This document shows, in pieces, positions 11,272-23,241 of a stretch of DNA of 64,000 nucleotides. Position 1 is the first letter of the stretch. Each line of letters begins with the position of its first letter. The position numbers were made by a program, and so were the translations under genes. Location of the stretch: the NCBI GenBank assembly GCA_964106645.2, contig OZ067038.1, one strand, 5' to 3'. This stretch comes from Podarcis pityusensis (Eukaryota). A model generated the notes under the pieces. The model was given only the letters and a program-made list of their open reading frames with translations. It searched no databases and was not told the DNA's origin.

Positions 11272-12309
11272 TAAAGGTAACCAAAGCAAAGTTACGCAGC
11301 AGCAGCAGCAGCAGCAGCAAGGAAAAGCTCTTGAAACCAAAAAATCCAACTTGGTAGGGGGGAAAATACTGCAGATCTCTTGGGGAAAGAGAATGCCATC
11401 CATTGTGTGAGAACTGGAAGATGGGGGGCGTTTTTAAGTGTTGCTACTTCTCCTGAGCCTCATAAGGGGTCAGGCATATTAGTTAGAATTTGAACCAATA
11501 GAACAAAAATCCACCCACATTGTCCTTCTGAACTTACACTGTAAATAAAGCAAAGTTATATGATTGCATTTTCCTTAGCAGCTGATGCCATTGCTGAAGT
11601 CAACACTTTTTTAAGTTAACTTCTGGGAAATACACCTATTTGCAGTGTTTGTAATGTATCCCCACAGAATGTATATCCTTCCTATAAAAAGTGTTTGCAG
11701 AGCTAAAGCAAAGCTATTGACTCACTGGCTGACTTCTCTTTGTAACTTTCTGATGTCCCAACGTTCATTTTCTTTCCTCAGAACAAATTCTTTCGGTTGT
11801 AAAAAAAAGAAAGAAAAGAAAACATGCTTGCACTTAACAAGGAAATGGGAAAATCTTTCAAAGTAGCTTTCCTTTCAGAAAAAGAAACAGCATTTTGCAT
11901 CATCCCACATAATTCAAAATATATGCTATCAAAGTAAGTGCCAATACATAATAGTTTGGGTGAAATGCACTGTATTCATCTTTTCTCTCAAAGGTTGGCT
12001 TGATGGAGACAGTAATAATAGTTGTAAAAGGCTTTCTGTGCTGAGTTTGGCAGTGTTTTCCTTTAGCCCCTTCCCACCCCACAAATCAACCAAAATGATT
12101 TTGGGGTTAGAGGACGTTCTCTTCAATTTGGCTGTTTTCGTGTGTGTAGGCAAAAGGCAGCCAGGGTGGCAGACTTGACATAGACGCTTAGAAAATTAGG
12201 CATGTTGCAGTTATTTGTTTGTTTGTTTGATTGATTGATTTCTGGTTAGAGGGGTGTTTCTCCCCCCCCCTCTCCCCACCCCCCCAAATGTTTCAACTCT
12301 GAATTGTCC

Positions 12310-12510
12310 ATTTGAAACTGGTTGGCAATAGATTAAGGGCAGAAAATGTATAGCGAGCTTACGGAATTCCTTGCCACAAGATGTTGTGACAGCCGCTAGT
12401 CTTTGATAGGCTTAGGTGGAAATGTATGGAAGGCTGACCTACTAATGGGAATCTCTCAAGTCCTACTTTAGGAGACAGGATGCGGGACTGATCTAACTGG
12501 GCTGCTTTTC
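12310..12510 (+). mobile_element. Old CR1 LINE 3' fragment
   Basis: ggaattccttgccacaagatgttgtgacagcc resembles the CR1 ORF2 end (WNSLPQDVV). Boundaries approximate. Confidence 0.5.
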
Positions 12511-12711
12511 CTCTTCTTCTTTCAGCTTAGTTTGGAATAAAAAGCCTTTGTTTCATTTTGATGCTTTCCCCCACTCCAACTTCTGAATTTGGTGAATTGA
12601 TCAGCCTCTAAGATAAAATATTTTTAAAAACTTCAGAGTTGATCCTTAAGCTGCTAGCTGCATTCTTGTGCTGAGTCTCAAAACCAGCTCACTCAAGATT
12701 ATATCCTGTAT

Positions 12712-12847
12712 CAGGCATAGGCAAACTCAGTCCTCCAGATGTTTTAAGACTACAGTTCCCACCATCCCTGACCACTGGTCCTGTTAGCTAGGGATGATGG
12801 GAGTTGTAGTTCCAAAACATCTGGAGGGCCGAGTTTGCCTATGCCTG
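12712..12847. mobile_element. Palindromic hAT MITE
   Basis: Same family as 9229; TSD tcctgtat / tcctatac. Confidence 0.88.
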
Positions 12848-13267
12848 TCCTATACGGATACAGGTTTTGTGTTGAAAAGCCATGTGTGGAGACACAACTT
12901 TTAATGCCGAAGACCACAATATATGTGTGGTGTGTGTACATACTTCTTGCACACCGCAGGCTAGGAACATTTTTCAGCCTACAGGACACATTCCTTCGTG
13001 CGCAATCTTCCAGGCGCCATGTAGTATAATTTGAAGCATGCAGAAGTCAGAGGTTTACACACCCTTACCTGTTCATCCTCAAATCAGGGCAAGTAAGAGG
13101 CAATGTCATAGCTCAAGGGCGCATTTCTTCCTGGCAAAAGCATTAAAGGAGAGCATGTAGCAGAACTTTTGAGTGGCATGACCTCAGGAGACACCCAAGG
13201 ACCAGGTCAGCTTCCAAGTGCCTAATTCGGGTCCTACCTCCGAAGTTGCCTTCCTCTCTCCTATACA

Positions 13268-13792
13268 CAGGGCCGTCTTACCCATAGGCACTAGGGGTGC
13301 CAGGCTGAGAGTCTGGGGCTCGAGAGTTGAGTCCGGGGAAGAGCCCACCCGCTGGTCGGAGCGCTGCGGCGGGCTCTTCTGCTGCAGGTGGCTCTCCACC
13401 CCAACCCCCCGCCCTCCTGCCCAGCCTCTGATGGCGGTCATCGTCGTCAAAGTCTTAAGGTGCCACAGGACCAAAGCGAGTGGGTGCTCCGGGTCCCCGG
13501 ACGTGCTTTCGCGAGCCGCCCACAGAGGCTTGCCACTTTCCTCCTTCCCTTTCTCTGCCTCCCAAATTTTAGGCGCCTTGCTGGAGATGGAGGGCAACAT
13601 GTGAGCAGGGAGGGGAACGCAGGCGACAAAGAAATAGGCTCGGCCATTTTATTTGATCTGTAACCCCCTCCCTGTCGCCAACACCCGGTGTCCGACTGAG
13701 CTCCAGCTGCAGCAGTTCCATCCAGAAGGTGGGGGGGGGGCCCGCCAGGCGAATTTTTGCCCCCGGTGCCACATATGCTTAAGACAGCCCTG
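13268..13792. mobile_element. GC/CpG-rich non-autonomous hAT element
   Basis: TIR cagggccgtctta / taagacagccctg (12 of 13 match) and perfect 8-bp TSD cctataca. Confidence 0.88.
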
Positions 13793-15269
13793 CCTATACA
13801 AGAAGGATATGCTTGGGGGGGGGGGGAACCTATTTCACACAAAGCCAACCTCTTGACTAAAGAACACGGGTTTTATTTACTTCTGTAGGTACCCTGTGCT
13901 TTTGAATACATGAATAATATCACTTGCTCATTGGAAAGAGCAGTATTGTACTTGCTAATGCTTCCTTTTTATAGCACCAAGGAATGAAAAGCTGTTTACT
14001 AGTAAGTTAATAGTTTAAGTGTCTGAAGGACCACCATCTGGAAATTCAGTTGGATCACATATATTTTGCAGCTTGTGGTTGTAATAATTTTCTATATAAG
14101 CAAAATGCTTCAAAGCCTACGGGGCGAGGTGCTAATTTAGTCTCCACTATTGGTTATAATTTTGAAAGTGGGTGTAATTTACACCCTCTCTTTTTAGAAC
14201 ATTTATCCTGCTTTTCCAATTGAGGGCACCGGTCAAAATATGTTGTTTTTCTGGCTTCAATAAAGTTAATGGATTTTAACTGTGACATTTTCCTTGTTTG
14301 AAGTGTTGCTGCGGGACTGAAATTCTTAGAACAACCCCAAGATCATCACTGCAGTAACTGGTGTGTGTATCGAAGAAACAAACAGTTCTGTTATTTTTCC
14401 AAAAATCCTAGTCCCATGAAGAACACAACTATGAATTATTATTTTATTTATTTTTGTTTGTATCCCTTCATACCACACAAATGGGCTTACAGAGCAGCTT
14501 TCCACAGCTAGCTGTATGAACAAAACCCATTTAAACAAAAATATGTGTCAATTAAATCTTTATATTAAATAACAATATTAAATACTATACTATATTAAAT
14601 ATTTTTCAAGCACCAAAGGTACACAGAAGTCGAGATTAAGGGACTTTCTGCATTTATAGTGGAACCGTTGCTGTTTTTTCCAAGTTTTTTGGGCACATTG
14701 CCAGACAAGGCCAGTATCGTTCAGCTAGTATTCAGGAATAATGTATTCAAAAATGTTTTGGGAGCTTGTAATCAAATGGGCAGCCCGTTTTTGCACTAAG
14801 GAAGTTATTGAGCAGCCTTCAGCATGAAAGAAAACCATTTACAACAGTGATCAATAATGAAATACTTAACAACACGTGTGTTTGTGTTTCAAACTGCAGA
14901 AACTTAAAATACTACAAGCGTTGGTTGGGGGTCTTCGGCATATTGTTGGCTTGGCTCCTCATCTCAGATTTGGCTCTCCCTGGTTTTAGTCAGATGCTCC
15001 AACCCAGGCAGTCAAAACCTTTGGTCCACAGTTTAACGTGGCCTCTCAATCCAGCTCCCGGCCCTCTCCCTAGATCCCTCCTTCATTCTGAAGTAAGCTG
15101 GCCGTATAGGAAGATTGAATCTTCCTTCTTTTCCTGCCTGGCCAGATCATTGCATTCCCTGTCTGTGCTCACTTGAGAGAGTGGAGCCCAGAAGGGGGGA
15201 AAGGGGGGCGGGTTGTAGTCTAGGAGGAGGCCTTGCCCTCTTTGGGCTCACCTGCTGCCATTATGTAGT

Positions 15270-15624
15270 GCGGATGGCACTGCGGTCTAAACCACAGAGC
15301 CTCTTGGGCTTGCCAATCAGAAGGTCAGCGGTTCAAATCCCCACAACAGGGTGAGCTCCCGTTGCTCTGTCCCAGGTCCTGCCAACCTAGCATTTGAAAG
15401 CACACCAGTCCAAGTAGATAAATAGGTAACTCTGCAGCGGGAAGGTAAATGGCGTCTCTGTGCGCTCTGGTTTCCGTCACAGTGTTCCATTGCGCCAGAA
15501 GCGGTTTAGTCATGCTGGCCACATGACCTGGAAAGCTGCCTCTGGACAAACACTGGCTCCCTTGGCCTGAAGCCATAGGTGCCTTTGACTGAACCTAACT
15601 GTCCAGGGGTCCTTTACCTTTTTT
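15270..15624 (+). mobile_element. Sauria SINE, diverged subfamily
   Basis: Collinear with other copies but with indels; 10-bp TSD attatgtagt. Confidence 0.88.
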
Positions 15625-15880
15625 ATTATGTAGTAACTTGAGCCATTTTCTCCTGAAAGCATCTGACATTTGGGACGGGGTTTCCCACCCCTGTTCTAAC
15701 CACTGCACAGAGATGTTTTTCACAGGGGGTAGGATATCCCCTTCCCTGAAGCGAGAGACTTTGATCATACCTTTGCCAATACTGGCTGTCCGTTTTGGGT
15801 TTCCCTTTGAGCACTAGTAGCTAGTGCCAGTCTGGGACTGGAGAGGTCCAGGTTGAAATTCCCCACTCAGCCATAAAGCC

Positions 15881-16012
15881 GTAGAACCCTAGAGTTGTAG
15901 AATTGGAAGGGACCCCAAGGGCCATCTAGTCCAACCCCCTGCAGTGCAGAAATATTCTTGCCCAACGTGGGAATCGAACCCGCAGCCCTCAGATTAAGAG
16001 CCTCATGTTCCA
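15881..16012 (-). mobile_element. tRNA-Lys-derived SINE with CR1-derived tail (Squam2-like), nested in an older SINE
   Basis: Reverse strand reads catgaggctcttaatctgagggctgcgggttcgattcccacgttgggc (tRNA-Lys(CTT)-like), then a tail matching the CR1 end at 62558-62599. Confidence 0.75.
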
Positions 16013-17620
16013 TCCCAGCACCAGTCACTGTTGTCTTAAATCTAGCCTACCTCTTAGGGTTGTTGTAAGCGGGCAGAAATGTGAACACGGCTTGCTCTTT
16101 TTGGAGGAAAGGCAGGGTATTAAATGTAATGAATAAATAGCTGAAAGAAGGACATGCTATGAGTTCTTAAAAAAATGAACACCATACAACCCCAAATAGA
16201 TTAACTTATTTGTAATGTCTCCTTTCTCCATTTCCTTAAAAATGTTCCAATTTTTCCTCCCTCAGCTTGTTGCATTGAGATCTTAAAGGTTTGCTGGATT
16301 CAGCTGCTGTTTTTATCTCTTGAGAAGCAAAAGAAGTGGAAAAGCAAACTTTAAAATGCCTGCCTCTGTTAATAAAACTAAACTGCCTTAACATTCTGTG
16401 CAGGCAAATAACTGAAATCTCCTCTTTGCCCCCAACCCCAAACCCTTAATTGACAGTGAAGCCTGCCTCTGTAAAATCTTGGTGCTCAAACTGTGAGAAT
16501 TAATAATTATTTGGCGAAAAGAGTTCTGCTGGGGTTCTTTTTTAAAATAAAGTTACACCCCCAGGGCAGAGGGCCCCTCTGCTTTGGCACCCTGATCTTC
16601 TGAGCACCTAAATAATATTAGAAAAGGAGGAAGGGAAGGAGGGTGGAAATGGCAAGAGGCTGGAATTCTGGCACCAATTAGTCTTGAGATTACTTAAAGA
16701 GGATTGCAATTTCAAGGCAAAAAAGAGTAGGGAGTGGGGTAAAAGGATTTGAAATGAGATTATGGGACCTAAAAGTGCCTTTCTTTTGTTAAGGAAATAA
16801 TTCAACAGTTTTGTTCAAGCTGCTGCTGCGACAATCCAGTTTAGAAAACTTGTAAGTGTGAGATCAGCATCCTGTGGCTTTGGAGATGCAGCTGATCCCA
16901 TTTTTCGTTTATTTGAAAAAAACCCCCAACAGTTTCCCCACCCCCTCCAGCAGCTAAGCAAGCTATCCTAAATGACTAGTGCCTTAATTAAAGGCTTTGT
17001 TCTTTTTTATTTGAGGAAAGGGGAGATGGGAAACGATATCTGAACCTCGCCTGCACTGTTGCTTCATTTTCTTGCAGGTGTCCGGTTTGGGTCTCACTCT
17101 TCCCCCACCAACCAAATGTTTTAAAAATATGTCCTTGAGCCCTTAAAACTGTGTTTGGTGTAAATATTTTGTCCCACCCGAAGATCCACGATGGACAGCT
17201 TTCGGCTTCTAGTTCAGCAGTAGTGTTTGTAATCCTTATCTCAGCACCGAGGGCTAAGCTTGAGTCTTAAAAAAAAAAAAAAAAACCCGAAACCTAAAGC
17301 CAGACAAAAATACAGGATCAGCAGATGAGAAATCAAAAGTGTTTATCTGGATAATCTGGGTCTGAACCTCTCTACTTGTTTTAAGGTCACTCGAGGACTC
17401 TTCAAGACTTCTTTTTTAAAAAAAGAAAGAAAAGAAAACTTTTAATTACTATAACGTGTTTCTCAACCCAAAATGAGTTATGATTAAAATGCACAAAAAG
17501 GTACCATATAATTAATTAGGGATATGTTGCAGGTGTGTGCATGATTGTGTATGTGAGTGATTTCTTGAGACTCCTGACCATGTTACAGTCCAGGCCAGGA
17601 GTTTGTGTGAGTGTCTTAAG

Positions 17621-17912
17621 CAGGGGTCAGCAAACTTTTTCAGCAGGGGGCCAGTCCACTGTCCCTCAGACCTTGTGGGGGGCCGGTCTATATTTTGAAA
17701 AGAAAAAGAAAAAAATGAACGAATTCCTATTCCCCACAAATAACCCAGAGATGCATTTTAAATAAAAGCACACATTCTACTCATGTAAAAACACCAGGCA
17801 GGCCCCACAAATAACCCAGAGATGCATTTTAAATAAAAGGACACATTCTACTCATGTAAAAACATGGCGATGAGGCCAGATCCAGCCCCCAGGCCTAAGT
17901 TTGCCTACCATG
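17621..17912 (+). mobile_element. hAT (Charlie/OC1-like) MITE with internal 71-bp-period duplication
   Basis: Ends caggggtcagcaaact / agtttgcctaccatg with perfect 8-bp TSD gtcttaag. Segment 17732-17793 is repeated at 17803-17864. Confidence 0.88.
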
Positions 17913-18300
17913 GTCTTAAGTGCTACAGCTCAGCCGGATGACATAATGATGGTAAAGTGGCTACCCTAAAGAACAGCCCTCCTGTTTTCAGATTGCAATT
18001 CAGGTTTTTTGACTTCCGTCAAGTCTGCAGTTGTGGATTCTTATTTTCTTGTAGGTGGGTAGGGGGATTTTTGAGATTCCATCACCAACCTGCTGAGATC
18101 TGAGGAAAAGAGGGCAGTAAGGTCGGTTCTGCTAATAGATTGTGACTGATATCCAACTGTACCTGTTCCGAAGCGGAACAGAATGGACTTCTGCTCATGC
18201 AACTGAGCCTTCCTTCCCTTCCCTCCCTCCGCCCCCCAAACCTTCTCTGCACAGTTGGGCTGCCCTGCACTCTAAAGAAGATTGGGTGGGGGCATGGTGG

Positions 18301-18586
18301 AATAATATTTATTTATTTATTTATTTATTCATTCATTCATTCATTCATTCATTCCCTGCCCATCTGGCTGGGTTTCCCCAGCCACTCTAGGCGGCTTCCA
18401 ACAAAGATTAAAAATACATTAAAATGTCACACATTAAAAACTTCCCTGAATAGGGCTGCCTTCAGCTGTCTTCTAAATGTCAGGTAGTTGTTTATCTCTT
18501 TGACATCTGATGGGAGGGTGTTCCACAGGGCAGGCACCACCACCGAGAAGGCCCTCTGCCTGGTTCCCTGTAGCTTTGCTTCTGGC
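18301..18586 (-). mobile_element. L2 LINE 3' fragment with (TTTA)n(TTCA)n tail
   Basis: Reverse strand encodes QGPSRWWCLPCGTPSHQMSK in one frame and RAFSVVVPALWNTLP in the L2 ORF2 frame. Confidence 0.85.
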
Positions 18587-19520
18587 AGGGCGAGGTGATG
18601 ATTGGGGAATCCCCTTGCACAAGGTTAGCTGTTACCTTATGATGTTTGCTGGAAGTAGGTGCTGGAAGGTATTTCCAAGGCCACTGCACACATGTGGCAC
18701 ATCTTTTGAGAGAGAGGGGAAGAGAGAGATGTGGATTGGATGAGGTGCTTGCGTGCTATGCAGCGTGATCCCCTTTTCCCCTTTTGGTAATTTGCTAATC
18801 AGTCATCTGAAGAAATTTGGGCAACTGAGAGGAAGTTGACCCCTTCTGCATAAATTGGGGAAAGGTCACCCCTGTTTAATGAATGGCGGCCTTACCTGCT
18901 TGATTAGTGTAATTTGTCTTGGGGAAAGTATTAAAGTGCTATGAAGTTAGTAGCGAAATAGACTTTTAGCATTCTCAGCCGGCTGACGACAGGTTTGAGA
19001 ACTGTGGTGAATACGAATGAAACCTGCACACTAAAGAGGGGGCGGCCTTAGTTTTAACAGTGAGACAAGTCCTGCCATTAGTCTAGCAAACCCAAAAGAT
19101 AAGACACAGAAGAGGGAAAGGGGGAGAGGAGGGATAAGGTGGAAACAAGCTTTTAAAGGCCAGAAGAAAGTGTTGAGCTGCAGACATTTTCTATCTGGTT
19201 CAGGCCAGGCTGATCTTCCCAGACTGATTGTTCTCCTTTGAAGAGCAGTTGGTGGGTGGCAGTTCTCCCTTTGGCCTTTCCCCTTGCCTTCTGCGCTCCC
19301 AAGGGCAACTGGCAGTTAGAGACTTCCAGGCAGAGAGGAGGAAAGGAAGGAGCTGGAGCTCCTCTGGCTGATGGATGGGGCCACAACAATCTCCCTGTTT
19401 TTGTCAGCCTCCTGGTGGTCCTTCATTCCTTGATGGATGTCAGAGGCCAGACAGTGCTTGCCCTTCAGCTCTGAAGTCCCAAGGCTGCAGTCATGTAAAT
19501 TTACTGCATTCATTTCAAAT

Positions 19521-20215
19521 TGTCAGGTGCGGGTGGTGGTTGCTCGTGAGTAACCAGGCAGGACTCTGACCTGTCTTTTACATGTTTTATTTTGCAAACT
19601 ACAGCGGTACCTCAGGTTAAGTACTTAATTCGTTCCGGAGGTCCATACTTAACCTGAAACTGCTCTTAACCTGAAGCACCACTTTAGCTAATGGGACCTC
19701 CAGCTGCCACCACGCCGCCGGAGCACGATTTCTGTTCTCATCCTGAAGCAAAGTTCTTAACCTGAAGCACTATTTCTGGTTTAGCGGAGTCTGTAACCAG
19801 AAGCGTATGTAACCTGAGGTACCACTGTATTTGCAGTGCAGAACCACAAAGTACATGTCCGTCTTAGTCACCTGCAGAATCCGGGAGTGGCCCCTTTCGG
19901 CTTCTCCCCCAGCATAAGAACTTCGGTACCCCAAGTCTCTGCCTCCCCTCTTTGCGTTTCACCTCTCTGCGCAAGCTGGGCGACGGAAGTGGCATGCATC
20001 CCTCCTGCGCAGCCTGGCTAGGTGAGGCGCTGGGGCTCTCAGCAGGATCCTCGAGCCCTTTCCTCTCTTGTCTGGCCCCTTCCCTTTCTTCTCCACTGGA
20101 GGTGTGGCTTTTCCCACCGCTGGAGGAGGAACTGCTCCTCAGGAGTTTCGGAGGCTCCCTGTATCCCTGCGGGCCCCCTGCCTCCCTCCCCTGTTCCGAT
20201 GGCAGTCCCCTGACA
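19521..20215 (-). mobile_element. Solo LTR (5-bp TSD, probably Gypsy-type) interrupted by a MITE
   Basis: TGTCAGG...CCTGACA termini with perfect 5-bp TSD caaat. AATAAA on the minus strand near 19586. Confidence 0.8.
19602..19827 (-). mobile_element. pogo/Tigger-like MITE family A (nested in LTR)
   Basis: TIRs and TA TSD. Confidence 0.9.
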
Positions 20216-20617
20216 CAAATATTATAGGGGTGGAAATCCAGCCTGGCGTAGATCATTTGTGTTACTTAACGAATGCAGCGATCAGATCTAAACGAAATTC
20301 TCTTCAAAAAAAAGCCAAACCCAGCTTCACAAGAAACTTCAACCCATTAACACCTGCTTTAATGCACTTGCTTCTTGAAACGCACATGCCTCGAACAAAC
20401 GGAAGCCACTGTCTGAGCTACCTAATAATAGCAGAACATAAGAAGAGTCTGCTGGATCAGCCCAATGGCCCATCTAGTCCAGCATCCAAACAGTTGCCTG
20501 TGGGAAGTTCTCAAGCAGGAGCTGAACACAAGGCCATTCTCCCCTCCTGCACTTTCCAGCAACTGGTGCACAGAAGCGATACTGCCTCCAGCCACGGAGG
20601 TAGAGCCTCATGACTAG

Positions 20618-20970
20618 GTAAAGGTAAAGGGACCCCTGACCATTAGGTCCAGTCGTGACCGACTCTGGGGTTGTGGCGCTCATCTCGCTTTATTGGCCGA
20701 GGGAGCAGGCGTACATCTTCCGGGTCATGTGGCCAGCATGACTAAGCCGCTTCTGGCGAACCAAAGCAGTGCACGAAAACGCTGTTTACCTTCCCGCTGG
20801 AGTGGTACCTATTTATCTACTTGCACTTTGATGTGCTTTCGAACTGCTGGGTTGGTAGGAACTGGGACCGAGCAACGGGAGCTCACCCCGTCGCGGGAAT
20901 TCGAACCGCCGACCTTCTGATCAGCAAGTCCTAGGCTCTGTGGTTTAACCCACAGAGCCACCCGCGTCCC
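20618..20970 (-). mobile_element. Sauria SINE, full length
   Basis: Perfect 14-bp TSD agcctcatgactag. Confidence 0.94.
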
Positions 20971-21163
20971 AGCCTCATGACTAGTAGCCACCAATAGCCC
21001 TCTCCTCCATGAACTTGTCCAAATCTCTTTTAAAGCCATCACTGCCTCCTGTGGCAGAGAGTTCCATAGTTTATGTGCTGCATGAAGAAGTGCTTTATTT
21101 TATTAGTCCTGAACCTTCCCAACATTCAGCTTCATTGGATCTGCACAAGTTCTAGTGTTATGA

Positions 21164-21578
21164 ACACTTGTTCTTTAGATGTCCCTTTTATGAAGAGGCG
21201 CATAGTGAGACCATTGATCCCCTGCTGGTGAGGCTAGCTGACCTCCCAGAAAAGCAAAAAATTGACCTTTTCCTGTTAGGCAAAGATCATAAGACAACCC
21301 GGATGGTCGCCAGATTCTGTGTACAGATCTGTAGGCGCAGACCATCCCCCGACCCAAACTAGTTCGTTAAGAAAATCCCCAAACTGGGTGACTCTGGGTC
21401 ATCTCTCTGTGGTAGCTTATCTTAAAGTTTTAAGTGTCTGTACGCTTATCGCATTTATAAATTTTAAATTTATCGTTGCACATTGTTTTAAATGTTTATT
21501 TTCCTTCTGGGATTGTACCCCCAAGTGTGTTTTATAAGCTGGTCTCCGACCGTAATAAATTATCTAAGTCTAAGTCTA
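21164..21578 (+). mobile_element. 5'-truncated non-LTR retrotransposon 3' end (clade uncertain, possibly RTE-X-like)
   Basis: Open frame HLFFRCPFYEEA... to a stop at 21362, then 3' UTR, AATAAA and a (TCTAAG)3 tail. 10-bp TSD agtgttatga. Confidence 0.75.
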
Positions 21579-22320
21579 AGTGTTATGAGGGAGGGAGGAA
21601 AAAAACCCTTTTCCTATCCACTTTCTGTGTGCCACGCATAATTTTATAAGCTTTCTATCATGTTGCCAAGAGCATCTTCCCTCACCCCCGGAATGCTTTG
21701 GATTTGAGCCATTGGCCTGCAGATGACTCTTCCCTGCCAGGCTTATGAACTCCTGTGTTCTCTTTAAAATAGGATAAACTTTTCTGGCTGTCCTTAAAAA
21801 AAACAAAACACAGCGGAATTGTTTTTATTAGTTATTATTTAATAGGTAATGTCTACACTTTATTGCTAAGCATGGCCTTCTGATAGTTTTTGTAGATAGC
21901 AGGGCAGAGGCTGGTACTTTGCCCCCTGCCACCTCAGGGCCTCCTGGAATAGGGGGGAAAAATGGATTGGTAGCACTTATCATAAGTAGCTGTCACCATG
22001 GTTATGCATACCATCACTGTAACATGATACAAAGCATGTGTCTGTGAAATATAAACAGAACACAAGCTGCTCCTCTAGTAAGCTCTGTGGAAGTTTGGAG
22101 GACCTGAGCAATGCAGTAGCAGAAGAGAAGAGAAACCACTTCTTAACTCTGCACGACAAAGAGTTTTGCGCTGTGCTTCTTTCTTGAATATGCATGGTTT
22201 GATAGTGTAGTGGTTGCTTAGGTCGTGATTAAAGAAAGCTCTGTGCACTTAACATACCTCCAGATTTTCAAGATTAATTGTAAATATATTGGGGCTGTGG
22301 CTAGGTCTAGATTATTATTA

Positions 22321-22549
22321 CAGTGGTACCTTGGGTTACATACGCTTCAGGTTACAGACTCCGCAAACCCCAAAATTGTACCTTGGGTTAAGAACTTTGC
22401 TTCCGAATGAGAACAGAAATCGTGTTCCGGAGGCACAGCAGCGGCAGCAGGAAGCCCCGTTAGCTAAAGTGGTGCTTCAGGTTAAGAACAGTTTCAGGTT
22501 AAGAACAGACCTCCGGAACGAATTAAGTACTTAACCTAGGGTACCACTG
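22321..22549 (+). mobile_element. pogo/Tigger-like MITE family A, inserted in the (TTA)n tail of an L2 end
   Basis: TIRs and TA TSD. L2 remnant continues at 22552-22685. Confidence 0.9.
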
Positions 22550-22807
22550 TATTATTATACACACACACATACAATGCCCATCTGGCTGGGTTTCCCCAGC
22601 CACTGGGTGGTTTACAGCATGTCTAAAAACATAATAAAAACAACAAGCATTAAAAACCTCCCAGCCTTCAGGTGTCTTCTAAGAGTGGGTGTGAGCAGAA
22701 GATCTTGTGGTATGGTTTGTTCATGATGTCAAATGTTGGAGGTGTAAGTCAGTGTATATATAATGAATAAATAAATCCAGGGTGTTTGAGCAATGCTAAC
22801 TTGATAA

Positions 22808-23241
22808 CAGTGTCAAAAACCGAGATAGAAAAGCTAGGAGCCAAATGGCTTCTGGGACCAGGGTTGTGGGTGCCAAAACAGGATGTCTAGTCTAGGGTGG
22901 CAACACTTTTTATTTATTATTTTGGTAAGCATGAATTAATATGCAATTCACATAAATGATACATTTTTAGCAGAAATGGTCACTACACGTTTAATTTGGC
23001 CTTTACAATAAAGATAGGTACCATACTTAAGTTTTCAAAACACTCTACTCTTTATTGTTAAACTCCTTAACATATTGTCTATCCTTGACCTATACTTTGA
23101 GGCTTCAAAGCACATACATTTTCAGTAATCCTTGAGTGTCAGCCAGGCACAAAAAATGGCACCCAGACTTCTGGAGGTGCTTGCAAATGGAGAATCTTTA
23201 GGCACAAAATGCTCCTGGTGCCCTGCTAATTTCAAACGCTG
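22808..23241 (+). mobile_element. hAT element, second copy of the 5789 family
   Basis: Collinear similarity over about 430 bp; TSD decayed. Confidence 0.85.

Larger units (their letters stand above)
20432..21667 (-). mobile_element. CR1 LINE 3' portion, split by two younger insertions
   Basis: agaacataagaagagtctgctggatcag 3' end. CR1 sequence resumes after each TSD-bounded insert. Confidence 0.75.

Noticed and set aside
13184-13856. Overlapping 130-aa ORFs on both strands
   Set aside because: Result of high GC content inside a TIR/TSD-bounded element; no transposase or other motifs.
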